A stretch of 64,000 bases of DNA, taken from positions 146,692,001 through 146,756,000 of the forward strand of contig OZ296648.1 in assembly GCA_965655095.1 (NCBI GenBank), given 5' to 3'. Position 1 is the stretch's first letter. The number at the start of each line of letters is the position of its first letter. Source of the stretch: Haplodiscus bocki. Lineage: Eukaryota. The notes under the pieces were generated by a model. It searched no databases, was not told where the DNA came from, and saw nothing but the letters and a program-made list of their open reading frames with translations. A program made the translations under genes and the position numbers. This document shows, piece after piece, positions 14,100-26,300 of this stretch.

Positions 14100-15850
14100 T
14101 CTTTGAGAAAGTGAAAACAGAGAAATTGTTTCTTCTTGAGAAGGGAAACTGGTTGCCGGCTGGCTTTGTGTCGTTATGTAGGGCTTATATTACTGATTTT
14201 TCGATAAAACTAATTTGGATAAAACCCATTATTTCTTCGGGCTGATAATAAATGTGGTCCCATTATTTGACTCGGAATTTTCGGTAAAGTTTTAATATTA
14301 TAATTGCGGGCCTGGAAGGGCAAGGGTCGACGGGCTAAGGAAGCAAAACGGGGAAAAATAAAAAAATGCTATGAAAAAGTTAAATAAAGAAACAGTGGAC
14401 TAGAAGATATCAAAAATGTTGCTTTTATTTTTAGTTGAGTGTATGTTGAATGTTTGTAAAATGCGCACTGAAGTGTAAAAATGAAAGAATTTTGTACATG
14501 TTAAACGAAGGGGTGATAAAAATATGTTGTAGTTTTTTTATTTTGTTAAACTGAAAGAAGAGTTAGCTACCTTAAAATGTAACTACTTTTGTTAATTTTT
14601 GCTGTTAGAAGCAAGTTCTGTTGCTTAGAGTCCGAGGTTACTTAAGGGTACTTGAGTGAGACATGTCTGAAAACTGTCTCATTCAAATAAAAAGTTTGAG
14701 GGGCGTCAGTTAAAAACACAGATCTGGCGACGCACTCGCACATTTCCGAGATGGCATAATCGACCATCGAGGGCCTCAAGCAGAGAAAGGTGACATCTGA
14801 TTCTCTTTGGAACAATTTGTGGCAAAGTCAGGTTGGACTGTTGCCCGAACATTGTCGTAACGTCGAACCATCCAATTCAGCATACCGAAAAACATCGTCT
14901 GCCACAGCCAACAAGGTCTTTGAGCTGGAACAAGGAAACTTTTCTTTGTCACTGCTAATGATCTTCAGTGTGGTAGCATGGTACATGTTGAGAGTGGAGG
15001 AATTAGAATTGATTGAGACAGCAAGTACAAAAGAAATACCTCGAGGAGTTAGCGTGATTTTGAGAACGAGTTGAATTTGATAGTAGACTTGTTTAAGCCA
15101 GGTTGTACACCGAAGGTAAACTAAGTGACACGATATTTCTATTCTTCTTACAGTGTTCGTAGATTGTTTGCATTTTCCTGGATTACGAGGAGTTGAGGCC
15201 TCAATTGGCCAAATGCTACGGACGAAATAGTCGAAAACAAGTTTTTCTAGTAGGCGTAGAACGCATCTCGGTATGAAATTATATTAACTTAGATAGTACT
15301 CAAATGGGGGATGACATAAATGTTCGCTGTGCGGAGGACGGAAATTTTTGCCCGTTTCTCGAAACATTGTATGTACAATGTTAAGTTTGTTGGAAGTACG
15401 GTTAAATTGTCATTTAGGTTCTGCAAGCGGTCTTTTACTTCTTGTCGCAGATTTTCCGGAGTTTCTTCATGTGTGTAATCGCATATATTGAAAAAGAAGA
15501 CAACTGTGCATGCAGCTTCTTTCAAAGGGTCTCCAATTTTCAAACCGACAGCTGCTTCAAGAATGCACCAATATATCATTTCGAACGCAGCAGTGTCACC
15601 AAGACCTTCTCATACTGTTTCGGCACCAATAAATTTCAATACACTGGAATTATTAACCTCCTCATAGATGGCTTGTTGCATTTCAAGCTGGATCAAAGTC
15701 ACGATATCCTTCAACCGTGTCACCAATAGACCATGCAATTTTTAATCATAGTGTAGTCGCAGGGTCCTCCAAAACACGCAAAAGTAGCAAATGAGGCCTA
15801 AAACGGACAATATGGTGGAAAACGTTATACAAGTCTGCTGTAGAGAAACA
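14100..15850 (-). pseudogene. env: env-like class I fusion glycoprotein pseudogene
   Basis: R-S-K-* at 15587-15576 (TGA, one C>T from CGA, giving RSKR), followed across a frameshift by YIGA/ILEAAVGLKIGDPLKEAAC and then a heptad-like LRQEVKDRLQNLNDNL. Cys block QCSGNSPT*LCHKLFQRESDVTFLCL at ~14855-14775. Hydrophobic, TM-like stretch at ~14420-14350. Lies 3' of integrase. Confidence 0.7.
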
Positions 15851-16549
15851 ATTTTCACAAAGTAGGAGAGGTTTTTATCCTGATCGAATTAGCGGGGAAC
15901 TTGAATTCAATTTGCTTGGAGGGAAATTTTGCTCTCCAAAGTGGTTGGCTTTGATGTGCAGTACGGCTACGGATGTTGAGCTGAGGCGGAGGCGAGGAAA
16001 CCGCTGCTTTCTCTAGGAAAACAGGAGTACGAGTACCCTTGTCGATGAGTTTGCAGAACCATGGTCTATCTTTCACAGATGACTGTGTAACAGTACTATT
16101 TTGAGTACACTGTGAAAGACTTGGCGGTTCCACGAAGGTTGTCGGTTGTTCCAGTGAAGGTGTAGTTGAGCGGGAAAAAGTTATCATTTTAGAAATCCAG
16201 AAGAGCCAAGGCTCTAGGGAGCCGTAGATCCTAAACATCCTAAACAAGAATTGGGAGGACTACGTGGTACATATTTGGGGGAACCAACGCGTGTACTTAT
16301 TGTTGCAGGTTTAGTAGGCAGGGTTGTGCATGGAACGCGGCGGGAAAATGTATTTCCTAAAAAGACGGAACGGTACGGGTGGTGCTGTGTGCAGTGATTG
16401 TGGTCATACTCCGGCGTAACTTGCTTTTGTGGCGGAGTTTATGGTTGGGAAGTGTTTTCAAGGTTTTGCTTGTCACGACTTGGGACAATGGATGTCAGTG
16501 GTGACTCATGCAACATTTTCAGATGGTCATATTGGACAACAAGTTTCTT

Positions 16550-17650
16550 TTGTGTAGCAAGTTCCCGACTTCGACAATTCTTATACTTAAGGCATGGCAA
16601 CATGACGGACTTTCCCTAGCTTGGGAACGTAGATGATATACCAACTGCAACCATGGGGTTATGTAATCAGACTTTTTGACCAAGTTGGTAGCAGATTCCA
16701 TGGACCTTTCTAAAGTAAACGGCGTTTCTACGTCTGTGATTGAAACTGAGAGCTTCTTCACCCGAATCGTATTCCTTCTGAAAGCTGACTTGTGGGTCAA
16801 ACGCGTAGTCAGGGACATTGGCTAGATGTGATCAGTCGACTTCAGGTACATGAAGTCAAAAGAAAGCAAACTTCCTGCCGTTGACAAAAAATTTGAAGTA
16901 CGGTAAACCATCATAACATAGGGTAACTGTTGTGACTAGTTGCTTGGTTCATCATTGACGCATTTAGAAAGCTGCGATTGCAGTTTGTGGGTCATGCTCT
17001 CTACAATTGTGTTTGACGGCTGCCGGAAGCCTGTTGATTGACTCATATCAACCTGCAACGCATGATTGACGGTTTCGAAATATATTGATTCTAAGTTATG
17101 ACGTTGAGCTTTTTTGATAATGTGAGGGCTTTCAAATCGACAAATCAAACTTTCAAGATTAGGTTCGTTGGTGTTGAGGCAGTTTGATCGGGATGTGGGA
17201 TTGCCTCGTACCACTTCGAGAAATGATCACCAGTTGAAAGTATGTGTTGATTGCCATTCGACTGCAGTAAACGAACCATTAAAGTGATGCCGCTATGGCA
17301 AAACGATTAAATCGGGGTTCATTCAACCAAAGAATGTCGATGGGTTTTCATCAGATTAGCTTTTTTGGCATTTTTTGCAGGTGTTGATGAATAATGTGAT
17401 GTTTTTTTTGAAAACCAGGCCAGTAAAGACTTTGATGGATTTTTTTAAATGTCTTAACGGTGAGTAGCTCAACTCCAGTAGTTGATGAGTTGACTGACGT
17501 CAAGAATTGAAGCACCAATAATGCAGGAAGGAGCTTTTTGGAAGTGTAGTGCTTCGCCTTTGTAGGCGAACTCCCTGTATAGAACAACCTTGGCGATCTC
17601 TAAACTACCCCATGCCAAGTTGTTCTTGACAGTCTTTGAAGCTCCTGCGT
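16550..17650 (-). pseudogene. Gypsy integrase remnant
   Basis: ORF 17351-17587 contains LLTVKTFKKIHQSLYWPGFQK, matching the HHCC zinc-finger segment (GxxKTxxKIxxRFYWPG). Decayed core follows downstream. Confidence 0.8.
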
Positions 17651-18399
17651 TTTGTTGGTGTACCGCATGAGACTCCATTGAAAACAAATATTCAGTGCTG
17701 GGTCAGCTTTTTGATCAATCGGGAGTGAGTTAAGGTGTTCGTGTTCACCGGGTTTCCTTGTCGCGACTGCAATATCAAGGGAGTCAGCTGTTTCTTTGAC
17801 TTCCATCTGGCTCTTCTATTGGAGGCCTTCAAACGATAGTGGGTTTCATGTTACTAGGCTGAGAGACTTCTCTAATCAGGGCTTGACTTTTATCCAATCG
17901 ATCTTATAGAGGCCACAACCTACATGGTGCATGCTAATATGCCCAATTTAGTCGCTCCCTGCGTGGCTTTAATTGCCTCTGAAGACAATACTATGCTTTT
18001 GTTGCTAGGTTTATGGAAGTAACGTGTTTTCTTCAATAATTCGTAGAGAAATCGTTTCAGTTCCGCGATACATTAAGGCCAAATTGTCTGTAGTTTGTTT
18101 CTACGTCGGAGTTCCACGTTGAGGAGCGTCGCTTAATGCTGCGAACGATCCCACTCCTAAGTTGAATTAAAATGGGAAACAAAAGGTTATGGAGTCAATT
18201 GACCGCAGTTTGTCACCAAAGTTCTCCCAATACAGAGAGTGTTTGAGATCGGGTGGACATATATTGGTTCGGTATGACTAATCTTGGTTACCGTCGGGGC
18301 CTCTGCGACTGGGATCTCCTAATCAGTTGCACTAAAGGCTCTATTAGTTGTTTGGGTTGGAGCATCGGTGTAGCCTATCAATTTGTCATGTCGGTTGAC

Positions 18400-19600
18400 A
18401 ACCTCGTACTAGCCAGCAGTTAATGCGTCGCGGTCTTTAATGTTGAGGAGCCAAGGAAGTGCGCAGTGGTCAGTGGATATTGCGATGTTTTTGCCAAAAG
18501 AGTAATGTTTTGAGTGCTACGTGAGCTTAAGGACGGCCAACAGTTCCCTTTTTATTGTGGAGCATCGTTTCCGGGCCTTGCAGAAAGGTTCTGAGGTGTA
18601 ACAGATGGTGCGCTGGTGTCCATCTGGCACCTGTGACGTTGCTGCTCTCAAGACCGATAGGCTAGCGTCTGTGTACAGAATAAAAAATTCCTGCATCATT
18701 CCGCCAAAAAAGCAGTGGTTGTTATTATTGACTGCAATATTTCAATAGCATATTGGCTTGCGTGAATCTTGTCGAAACCGATAGCCTCCTCGTTTACTTT
18801 GTGAAGAGGGCCGGCTATTTCTGCAAAGTTTTCAACATGGCGATGGTAATAAGAAAATACTCCTAGCTCTAACTTGACTTCTGTCTCTTTTGTAGAAATC
18901 GGAAAGTTTTTTACTGCTGCACTTTCGCTGGCATCAGCTTCTCATCTCTTTGCGCTGTTAATAAGATCGACAAGAATGGCACAAGTCGGAAAAAAACCCC
19001 AATGGTTCAAGGATTTTCAGATTTGCCAAAACAAAATTTTAGGTGAGTTCTTTCAGTCGTTGCACGTCTTCTTGTGCGGTGGTGGCAAGATTAATGCAAA
19101 CCTATAAGTGAGAAACTCTTGCTCTTTTCTGTCACGCCACGCAAAACATGCTCCATAAGACTTTGGATGGTGTTTGGGCTACAAGTCAGTCACATAGCCT
19201 GTCCGAGCCATATTGAAGATCTAGAGGGCGTGCCAGACGCCTTGAATTTTTGTCTTCTTGTGGCCATTGGCAGCTGATAAAATCGCGAGACATGTCATTA
19301 TTGGTAAAAATTCAAATTGTTCGAGCGTATCAAAAGTTTGCTCAGTCGAAACCATGGGCAGAAAAAAATTGATGGTTATTCTTCTGCAATGCCGGTAATA
19401 AATTACAAGGCGGAAATTGCCTTTTATTGAGACAAGCTTAGTTATTGCGCCTCGTGGGTTATGGCAAGGGGTGATAAGCTTCTTTTTTAGAAAGGCATCA
19501 ACATTTTCGTGCAAAGTTTCCTCGTAATGGTGGGCCATCCTTCAGTTGGGCAATTTTACAAGTCAAAAGTGATCTCGAACCATCCAAAGTCCCTTTCACT
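18400..19600 (-). pseudogene. Gypsy reverse transcriptase and RNase H remnants
   Basis: KKLITPCHNP...GNFRLVIYYR...EQTFDTL (RT N-terminal blocks) and FILYTDAS...SQVPDGHQRTICYTS...CSTIKRELLAV (Ty3-type RNase H). Confidence 0.9.
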
Positions 19601-20332
19601 TTTTGAAAAACACATCAGAGTACTCGTTGGTCAGTTCAAAGAACTATGTTTTTGGTTTGGGGGAAATACCAGTATCGATTGATTTTTACACCGGTTTTAA
19701 ATCGTAAACAGCATCCATCTTTAGATTTACTAACAGGCTTTTGAAATATTCAAGTGTACTAACGCTTTTGATTTTCACAGTTGCGAACAGTTCTGATTGG
19801 CGCAACGAAGTATGTTTATTAATCATAACTGCTTCATCCGCAGAATTTGCTAAAATCAGCGAACACGTGTCCTCAGCGAAGTTAGACGAGACATGATCAC
19901 AACAGAATTCATTGTTTGCTCCAAAGTGTTCATATGGCTCAAATATGGCAGCCAATTTCTTCCGTGAAGGCTTCCACTGTGATAACTGCGCCCATATGCT
20001 TATTGAATGACGTTCTGGGCCTCAAAAATGTTGTCACTGTAGACTACTCGAAAGACATGGTCAGTTTGGATCTTATACATTTCGTGGTACAAGGGGACAA
20101 AGGTTTCGTCAATTAGTCGCCATTCATTTTCTCGAAAAAAACTGCATTAAAGTGGTGATCTTCCTGAAAAATCGCGTCCTATCAGGCAGTAGGCTTCCCA
20201 GTCAGCGAAAACCTGAAAAATTTGTTCAAGTTTTGCAGTCTCTGAACTTCAACAGAAGCGTCAGACGCCCTGCGTATCAATAGGCAATGATTTTGTGATT
20301 TTCAATTGCTTTGGTGAAGGTTGCATTGTCCA

Positions 20333-23300
20333 AGTTTGCAAAATCCAAGTGTTTACACAATATTTTGGGACAATATTAGGTCGTTATTGTAAAAGAAAGC
20401 TCTAGGAGAGCCCAACTACATGTGGTGGAAATCCAGCACGAAGCCCGGGACCACGAAAAATTCCATGCGTGCTGTATACGTATTCAGTACTTAACCTCAA
20501 GTTCATGCGTGCGTGACGAATCCACTCACAATCGGTTCTTAAAAACCAATAACTCAGACTAGATTATTAGTCTAAACCCGAACTCATCTGGGTGAAAAAC
20601 TTGCTCTTCTCTAAAACTTAAGGCTTGTGCATTCTGGATACAAAAAACAAAAGATACTGCAACATTCCCAGACACAAATAACCCGATGTTCAAAAAAAAG
20701 GCGTCGTTTATTTCTTTGATGCACTAAGATGTCTCGGCAGTGGTTTTTTCCTTATCTTTTTTTGTCTGAATGTTTGTTGGAGATTCAATCTTGGATTGAT
20801 GGCGACCAAGTTGTGAGACCGTCATCAAGGTCACTTCGAAGTGTTGATGACATCCACGCAAATGCAGTCGAAATGTCAATCAAAACTTTTGGAGTCCGTT
20901 GCTCCCAATCATATCACCCCAAGGGTTTCCTCAGCAATGTCTTCCATCCTTATGACAATAGGTTCCACAGATTATCTTCATATTCTTGTCACCTTAGGTT
21001 GCCAGATCACATTTTAAGAGGGAGATTGTGAAAGGTGGTGTCACACCAAGTGTGTTCTTTTTGTTTATTTCGAGCTAGAGATTCTGCATGTGCTTAGAAA
21101 CACGAAAAAACTAGAGATTAGTTGCGAGGAAATTTTTTACATGACGCAGGCTTGGGTTTACAAGACTGAAAAAGCTTGCAAACTTCTCGGTATTTACACA
21201 GGTTCATTGATCATCACCAAAAAATTCCAATGGCAAAAACTTGATGCAACGTCGTTTGCGGATGCAAAAGACAATCAATTTCTATTTCACCACAAAAAAA
21301 GTGACTCCCGAGAAAACACTTCGAGATGAATTCTCTTCCAACTTTTGCAGTTTTTCCTCAATTGAAGAGATAGTCAGTACACCCTCTTCGCCTAAAGTTG
21401 GGACCGCTTAAAATATTCACTCTATAGGTAAGAACGGGGTAAGTTTGAAAGAAAAAGAGACGTAATAACTGCGCCTTTGGTTGTTTTCTTTCTATGACTT
21501 CTTCAACACAATGATAACAAATGAAAATGATCATTATGTTTGCCTTCAACAGGAGATAGGTTGTTGGAAGGCACAATGGTGGAAGAGATCCGGACGCCAG
21601 TCTTGGAAAAATTAAATCTTGAACACCCAGAAGAAAAACAAAACAAAGTGAGTTTTGGGTCTATGAAGAGTGCAATCCAAAGAACACCACGTATCATGTT
21701 TTCACTCAATACTCTTTTATGAAAAAAATATTGTCGAAAAAAGCTTACTGAAAAATTTTTCAGATAGTTTATTTGTCGGTTCAGTTTTTTCGGCTGATGA
21801 TTGATTTAATTCAAAGTTTTATGTACTTTTTGGTTTTTTTTAAGAATTCGCGGAAACAATTGGAAACGCAAGCCGGAATACTTTGATATTGCTCCTAAAA
21901 GTTCATGTTTGAAAAGTTCTTACAGAAAAAGATTCAGTAAGGCATCAAACTCTCTTTGCCGTGAAAAAGATGAGCATTTTCTTCTAAAAGTTGATCAGAA
22001 AAAACGTTCTGAAAACTTTGGTGACAGTGGGTATGCCTTGGTACTTTCGTTAGCAGAAATCATCTATTTTACTGAACCCATCTCTTCTAATGAACCACTG
22101 CTCTGAAAATGGAATGTAGGGCGCTAATTTTTCAGTACAAAGAATTGTATGGGAGAGCCACACAAAGTCGCAGATCAGATAGACGAAGAATTCTAAAAAC
22201 TGATTGCAACTGGTCAGTTTTAACGGCAAAAAATCCGTGTTTTTTTAAACCCGTGATTCACGGAAGATCATCCAAGATTCGAGCAAAAAACAAGTCACTA
22301 TCAGGGAAGAATACTCGCACTGGCCTGCTTTGAGTCTTGGATTTAAAAAAATACACTGAATTTTTGCACAAAAATTTAACCGATTTCGATCAGTTTAAAA
22401 CAATTTTCCTCTCTACTGATTTGCTTTTCGGTGAACATGAGAAATTACACTTCATATGTTTTTTCAAGCTAAAATTTGTGCTAAATATGAAAACGTTTTT
22501 TGGATAGACCAGTTTCATTATACTATTACTATTTCACTTGACAGAACATCATCATTTTGATGTGGGAATTTTTGAAGAAATTATTCAATTGTTTGGTCAA
22601 CCAATAACGACGAAGAAATGCAAGAGTGTGGATTGATTCGAAAGATCTGTTTAGGCCACTGAATACCATGGGATCTCAGGCTAAACTTTAAAAAGTTTCC
22701 AAGTTTGGCGGAAAACTAATTGAAACCGATGAAAGGAATTGAAATATAAAGTAATGGTCGATTCAGTAGTTTGCAAAATCCAAGTGTTTACACAATATTT
22801 TGGGACAATATTAGGTCGTTATTGTAAAAGAAAGCTCTAGGAGAGCCCAACTACATGTGGTGGAAATCCAGCACGAAGCCCGGGACCACGAAAAATTCCA
22901 TGCGTGCTGTATACGTATTCAGTACTTAACCTCAAGTTCATGCGTGCGTGACGAATCCACTCACAATCGGTTCTTAAAAACCAATAACTCAGACTAGATT
23001 ATTAGTCTAAACCCGAACTCATCTGGGTGAAAAACTTGCTCTTCTCTAAAACTTAAGGCTTGTGCATTCTGGATACAAAAAACAAAAGATACTGCAACAT
23101 TCCCAGACACAAATAACCCGATGTTCAAAAAAAAGGCGTCGTTTATTTCTTTGATGCACTAAGATGTCTCGGCAGTGGTTTTTTCCTTATCTTTTTTTGT
23201 CTGAATGTTTGTTGGAGATTCAATCTTGGATTGATGGCGACCAAGTTGTGAGACCGTCATCAAGGTCACTTCGAAGTGTTGATGACATCCACGCAAATGC

Positions 23301-26300
23301 AGTCGAAATGTCAATCAAAACTTTTGGAGTCCGTTGCTCCCAATCATATCACCCCAAGGGTTTCCTCAGCAATGTCTTCCATCCTTATGACAATAGGTTC
23401 CACAGATTATCTTCATATTCTTGTCACCTTAGGTTGCCAGATCACATTTTAAGAGGGAGATTGTGAAAGGTGGTGTCACACCAAGTGTGTTCTTTTTGTT
23501 TATTTCGAGCTAGAGATTCTGCATGTGCTTGGAAACACGAAAAAACTAGAGATTAGTTGCGAGGAAATTTTTTACATGACGCAGGCTTGGGTTTACAAGA
23601 CTGAAAAAGCTTGCAAACTTCTCGGTATTTACACAGGTTCATTGATCATCACCAAAAAATTCCAATGGCAAAAACTTGATGCAACGTCGTTTGCGGATGC
23701 AAAAGACAATCAATTTCTATTTCACCACAAAAAAAGTGACTCCCGAGAAAACACTTCGAGATGAATTCCCTTCCAACTTTTGCAGTTTTTCCTCAATTGA
23801 AGAGATAGTCAGTACACCCTCTTCGCCTAAAGTTGGGACCGCTTAAAATATTCACTCTATAGGTAAGAACGGGGTAAGTTTGAAAGAAAAAGAGACGTAA
23901 TAACTGCGCCTTTGGTTGTTTTCTTTCTATGACTTCTTCAACACAATGATAACAAATGAAAATGATCATTATGTTTGCCTTCAACAGGAGATAGGTTGTT
24001 GGAAGGCACAATGGTGGAAGAGATCCGGACGCCAGTCTTGGAAAAATTAAATCTTGAACACCCAGAAGAAAAACAAAACAAAGTGAGTTTTGGGTCTATG
24101 AAGAGTGCAATCCAAAGAACACCACGTATCATGTTTTCACTCAATACTCTTTTATGAAAAAAATATTGTCGAAAAAAGCTTACTGAAAAATTTTTCAGAT
24201 AGTTTATTTGTCGGTTCAGTTTTTTCGGCTGATGATTGATTTATTTCAAAGTTTTATGTACTTTTTGGTTTTTTTTAAGAATTCGCGGAAACAATTGGAA
24301 ACGCAAGCCGGAATACTTTGATATTGCTCCTAAAAGTTCATGTTTGAAAAGTTCTTACAGAAAAAGATTCAGTAAGGCATCAAACTCTCTTTGCCGTGAA
24401 AAAGATGAGCATTTTCTTCTAAAAGTTGATCAGAAAAAACGTTCTGAAAACTTTGGTGACAGTGGGTATGCCTTGGTACTTTCGTTAGCAGAAATCATCT
24501 ATTTTACTGAACCCATCTCTTCTAATGAACCACTGCTCTGAAAATGGAATGTAGGGCGCTAATTTTTCAGTACAAAGAATTGTATGGGAGAGCCACACAA
24601 AGTCGCAGATCAGATAGACGAAGAATTCTAAAAACTGATTGCAACTGGTCAGTTTTAACGGCAAAAAATCCGTGTTTTTTTAAACCCGTGATTCACGGAA
24701 GATCATCCAAGATTCGAGCAAAAAACAAGTCACTATCAGGGAAGAATACTCGCACTGGCCTGCTTTGAGTCTTGGATTTAAAAAAATACACTGAATTTTT
24801 GCACAAAAATTTAACCGATTTCGATCAGTTTAAAACAATTTTCCTCTCTACTGATTTGCTTTTCGGTGAACATGAGAAATTACACTTCATATGTTTTTTC
24901 AAGCTAAAATTTGTGCTAAATATGAAAACGTTTTTTGGATAGACCAGTTTCATTATACTATTACTATTTCACTTGACAGAACATCATCATTTTGATGTGG
25001 GAATTTTTGAAGAAATTATTCAATTGTTTGGTCAACCAATAACGACGAAGAAATGCAAGAGTGTGGATTGATTCGAAAGATCTGTTTAGGCCACTGAATA
25101 CCATGGGATCTCAGGCTAAACTTTAAAAAGTTTCCAAGTTTGGCGGAAAACTAATTGAAACCGATGAAAGGAATTGAAATATAAAGTAATGGTCGATTCA
25201 GTAGTTTGCAAAATCCAAGTGTTTACACAATATTTTGGGACAATATTAGGTCGTTATTGTAAAAGAAAGCTCTAGGAGAGCCCAACTACATGTGGTGGAA
25301 ATCCAGCACGAAGCCCGGGACCACGAAAAATTCCATGCGTGCTGTATACGTATTCAGTACTTAACCTCAAGTTCATGCGTGCGTGACGAATCCACTCACA
25401 ATCGGTTCTTAAAAACCAATAACTCAGACTAGATTATTAGTCTAAACCCGAACTCATCTGGGTGAAAAACTTGCTCTTCTCTAAAACTTAAGGCTTGTGC
25501 ATTCTGGATACAAAAAACAAAAGATACTGCAACATTCCCAGACACAAATAACCCGATGTTCAAAAAAAAGGCGTCGTTTATTTCTTTGATGCACTAAGAT
25601 GTCTCGGCAGTGGTTTTTTCCTTATCTTTTTTTGTCTGAATGTTTGTTGGAGATTCAATCTTGGATTGATGGCGACCAAGTTGTGAGACCGTCATCAAGG
25701 TCACTTCGAAGTGTTGATGACATCCACGCAAATGCAGTCGAAATGTCAATCAAAACTTTTGGAGTCCGTTGCTCCCAATCATATCACCCCAAGGGTTTCC
25801 TCAGCAATGTCTTCCATCCTTATGACAATAGGTTCCACAGATTATCTTCATATTCTTGTCACCTTAGGTTGCCAGATCACATTTTAAGAGGGAGATTGTG
25901 AAAGGTGGTGTCACACCAAGTGTGTTCTTTTTGTTTATTTCGAGCTAGAGATTCTGCATGTGCTTGGAAACACGAAAAAACTAGAGATTAGTTGCGAGGA
26001 AATTTTTTACATGACGCAGGCTTGGGTTTACAAGACTGAAAAAGCTTGCAAACTTCTCGGTATTTACACAGGTTCATTGATCATCACCAAAAAATTCCAA
26101 TGGCAAAAACTTGATGCAACGTCGTTTGCGGATGCAAAAGACAATCAATTTCTATTTCACCACAAAAAAAGTGACTCCCGAGAAAACACTTTGAGATGAA
26201 TTCCCTTTCAACTTTTGCAGTTTTTCCTCAATTGAAGAGATAGTCAGTACACCCTCTTCGCCTAAAGTTGGGACCGCTTAAAATATTCACTCTATAGGTA

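Noticed and set aside
21790-21830. Hammerhead ribozyme at CTGATGA in the array unit (also at ~50137 and ~55063)
   Set aside because: No stem II followed by GAAA, and no closing helices.
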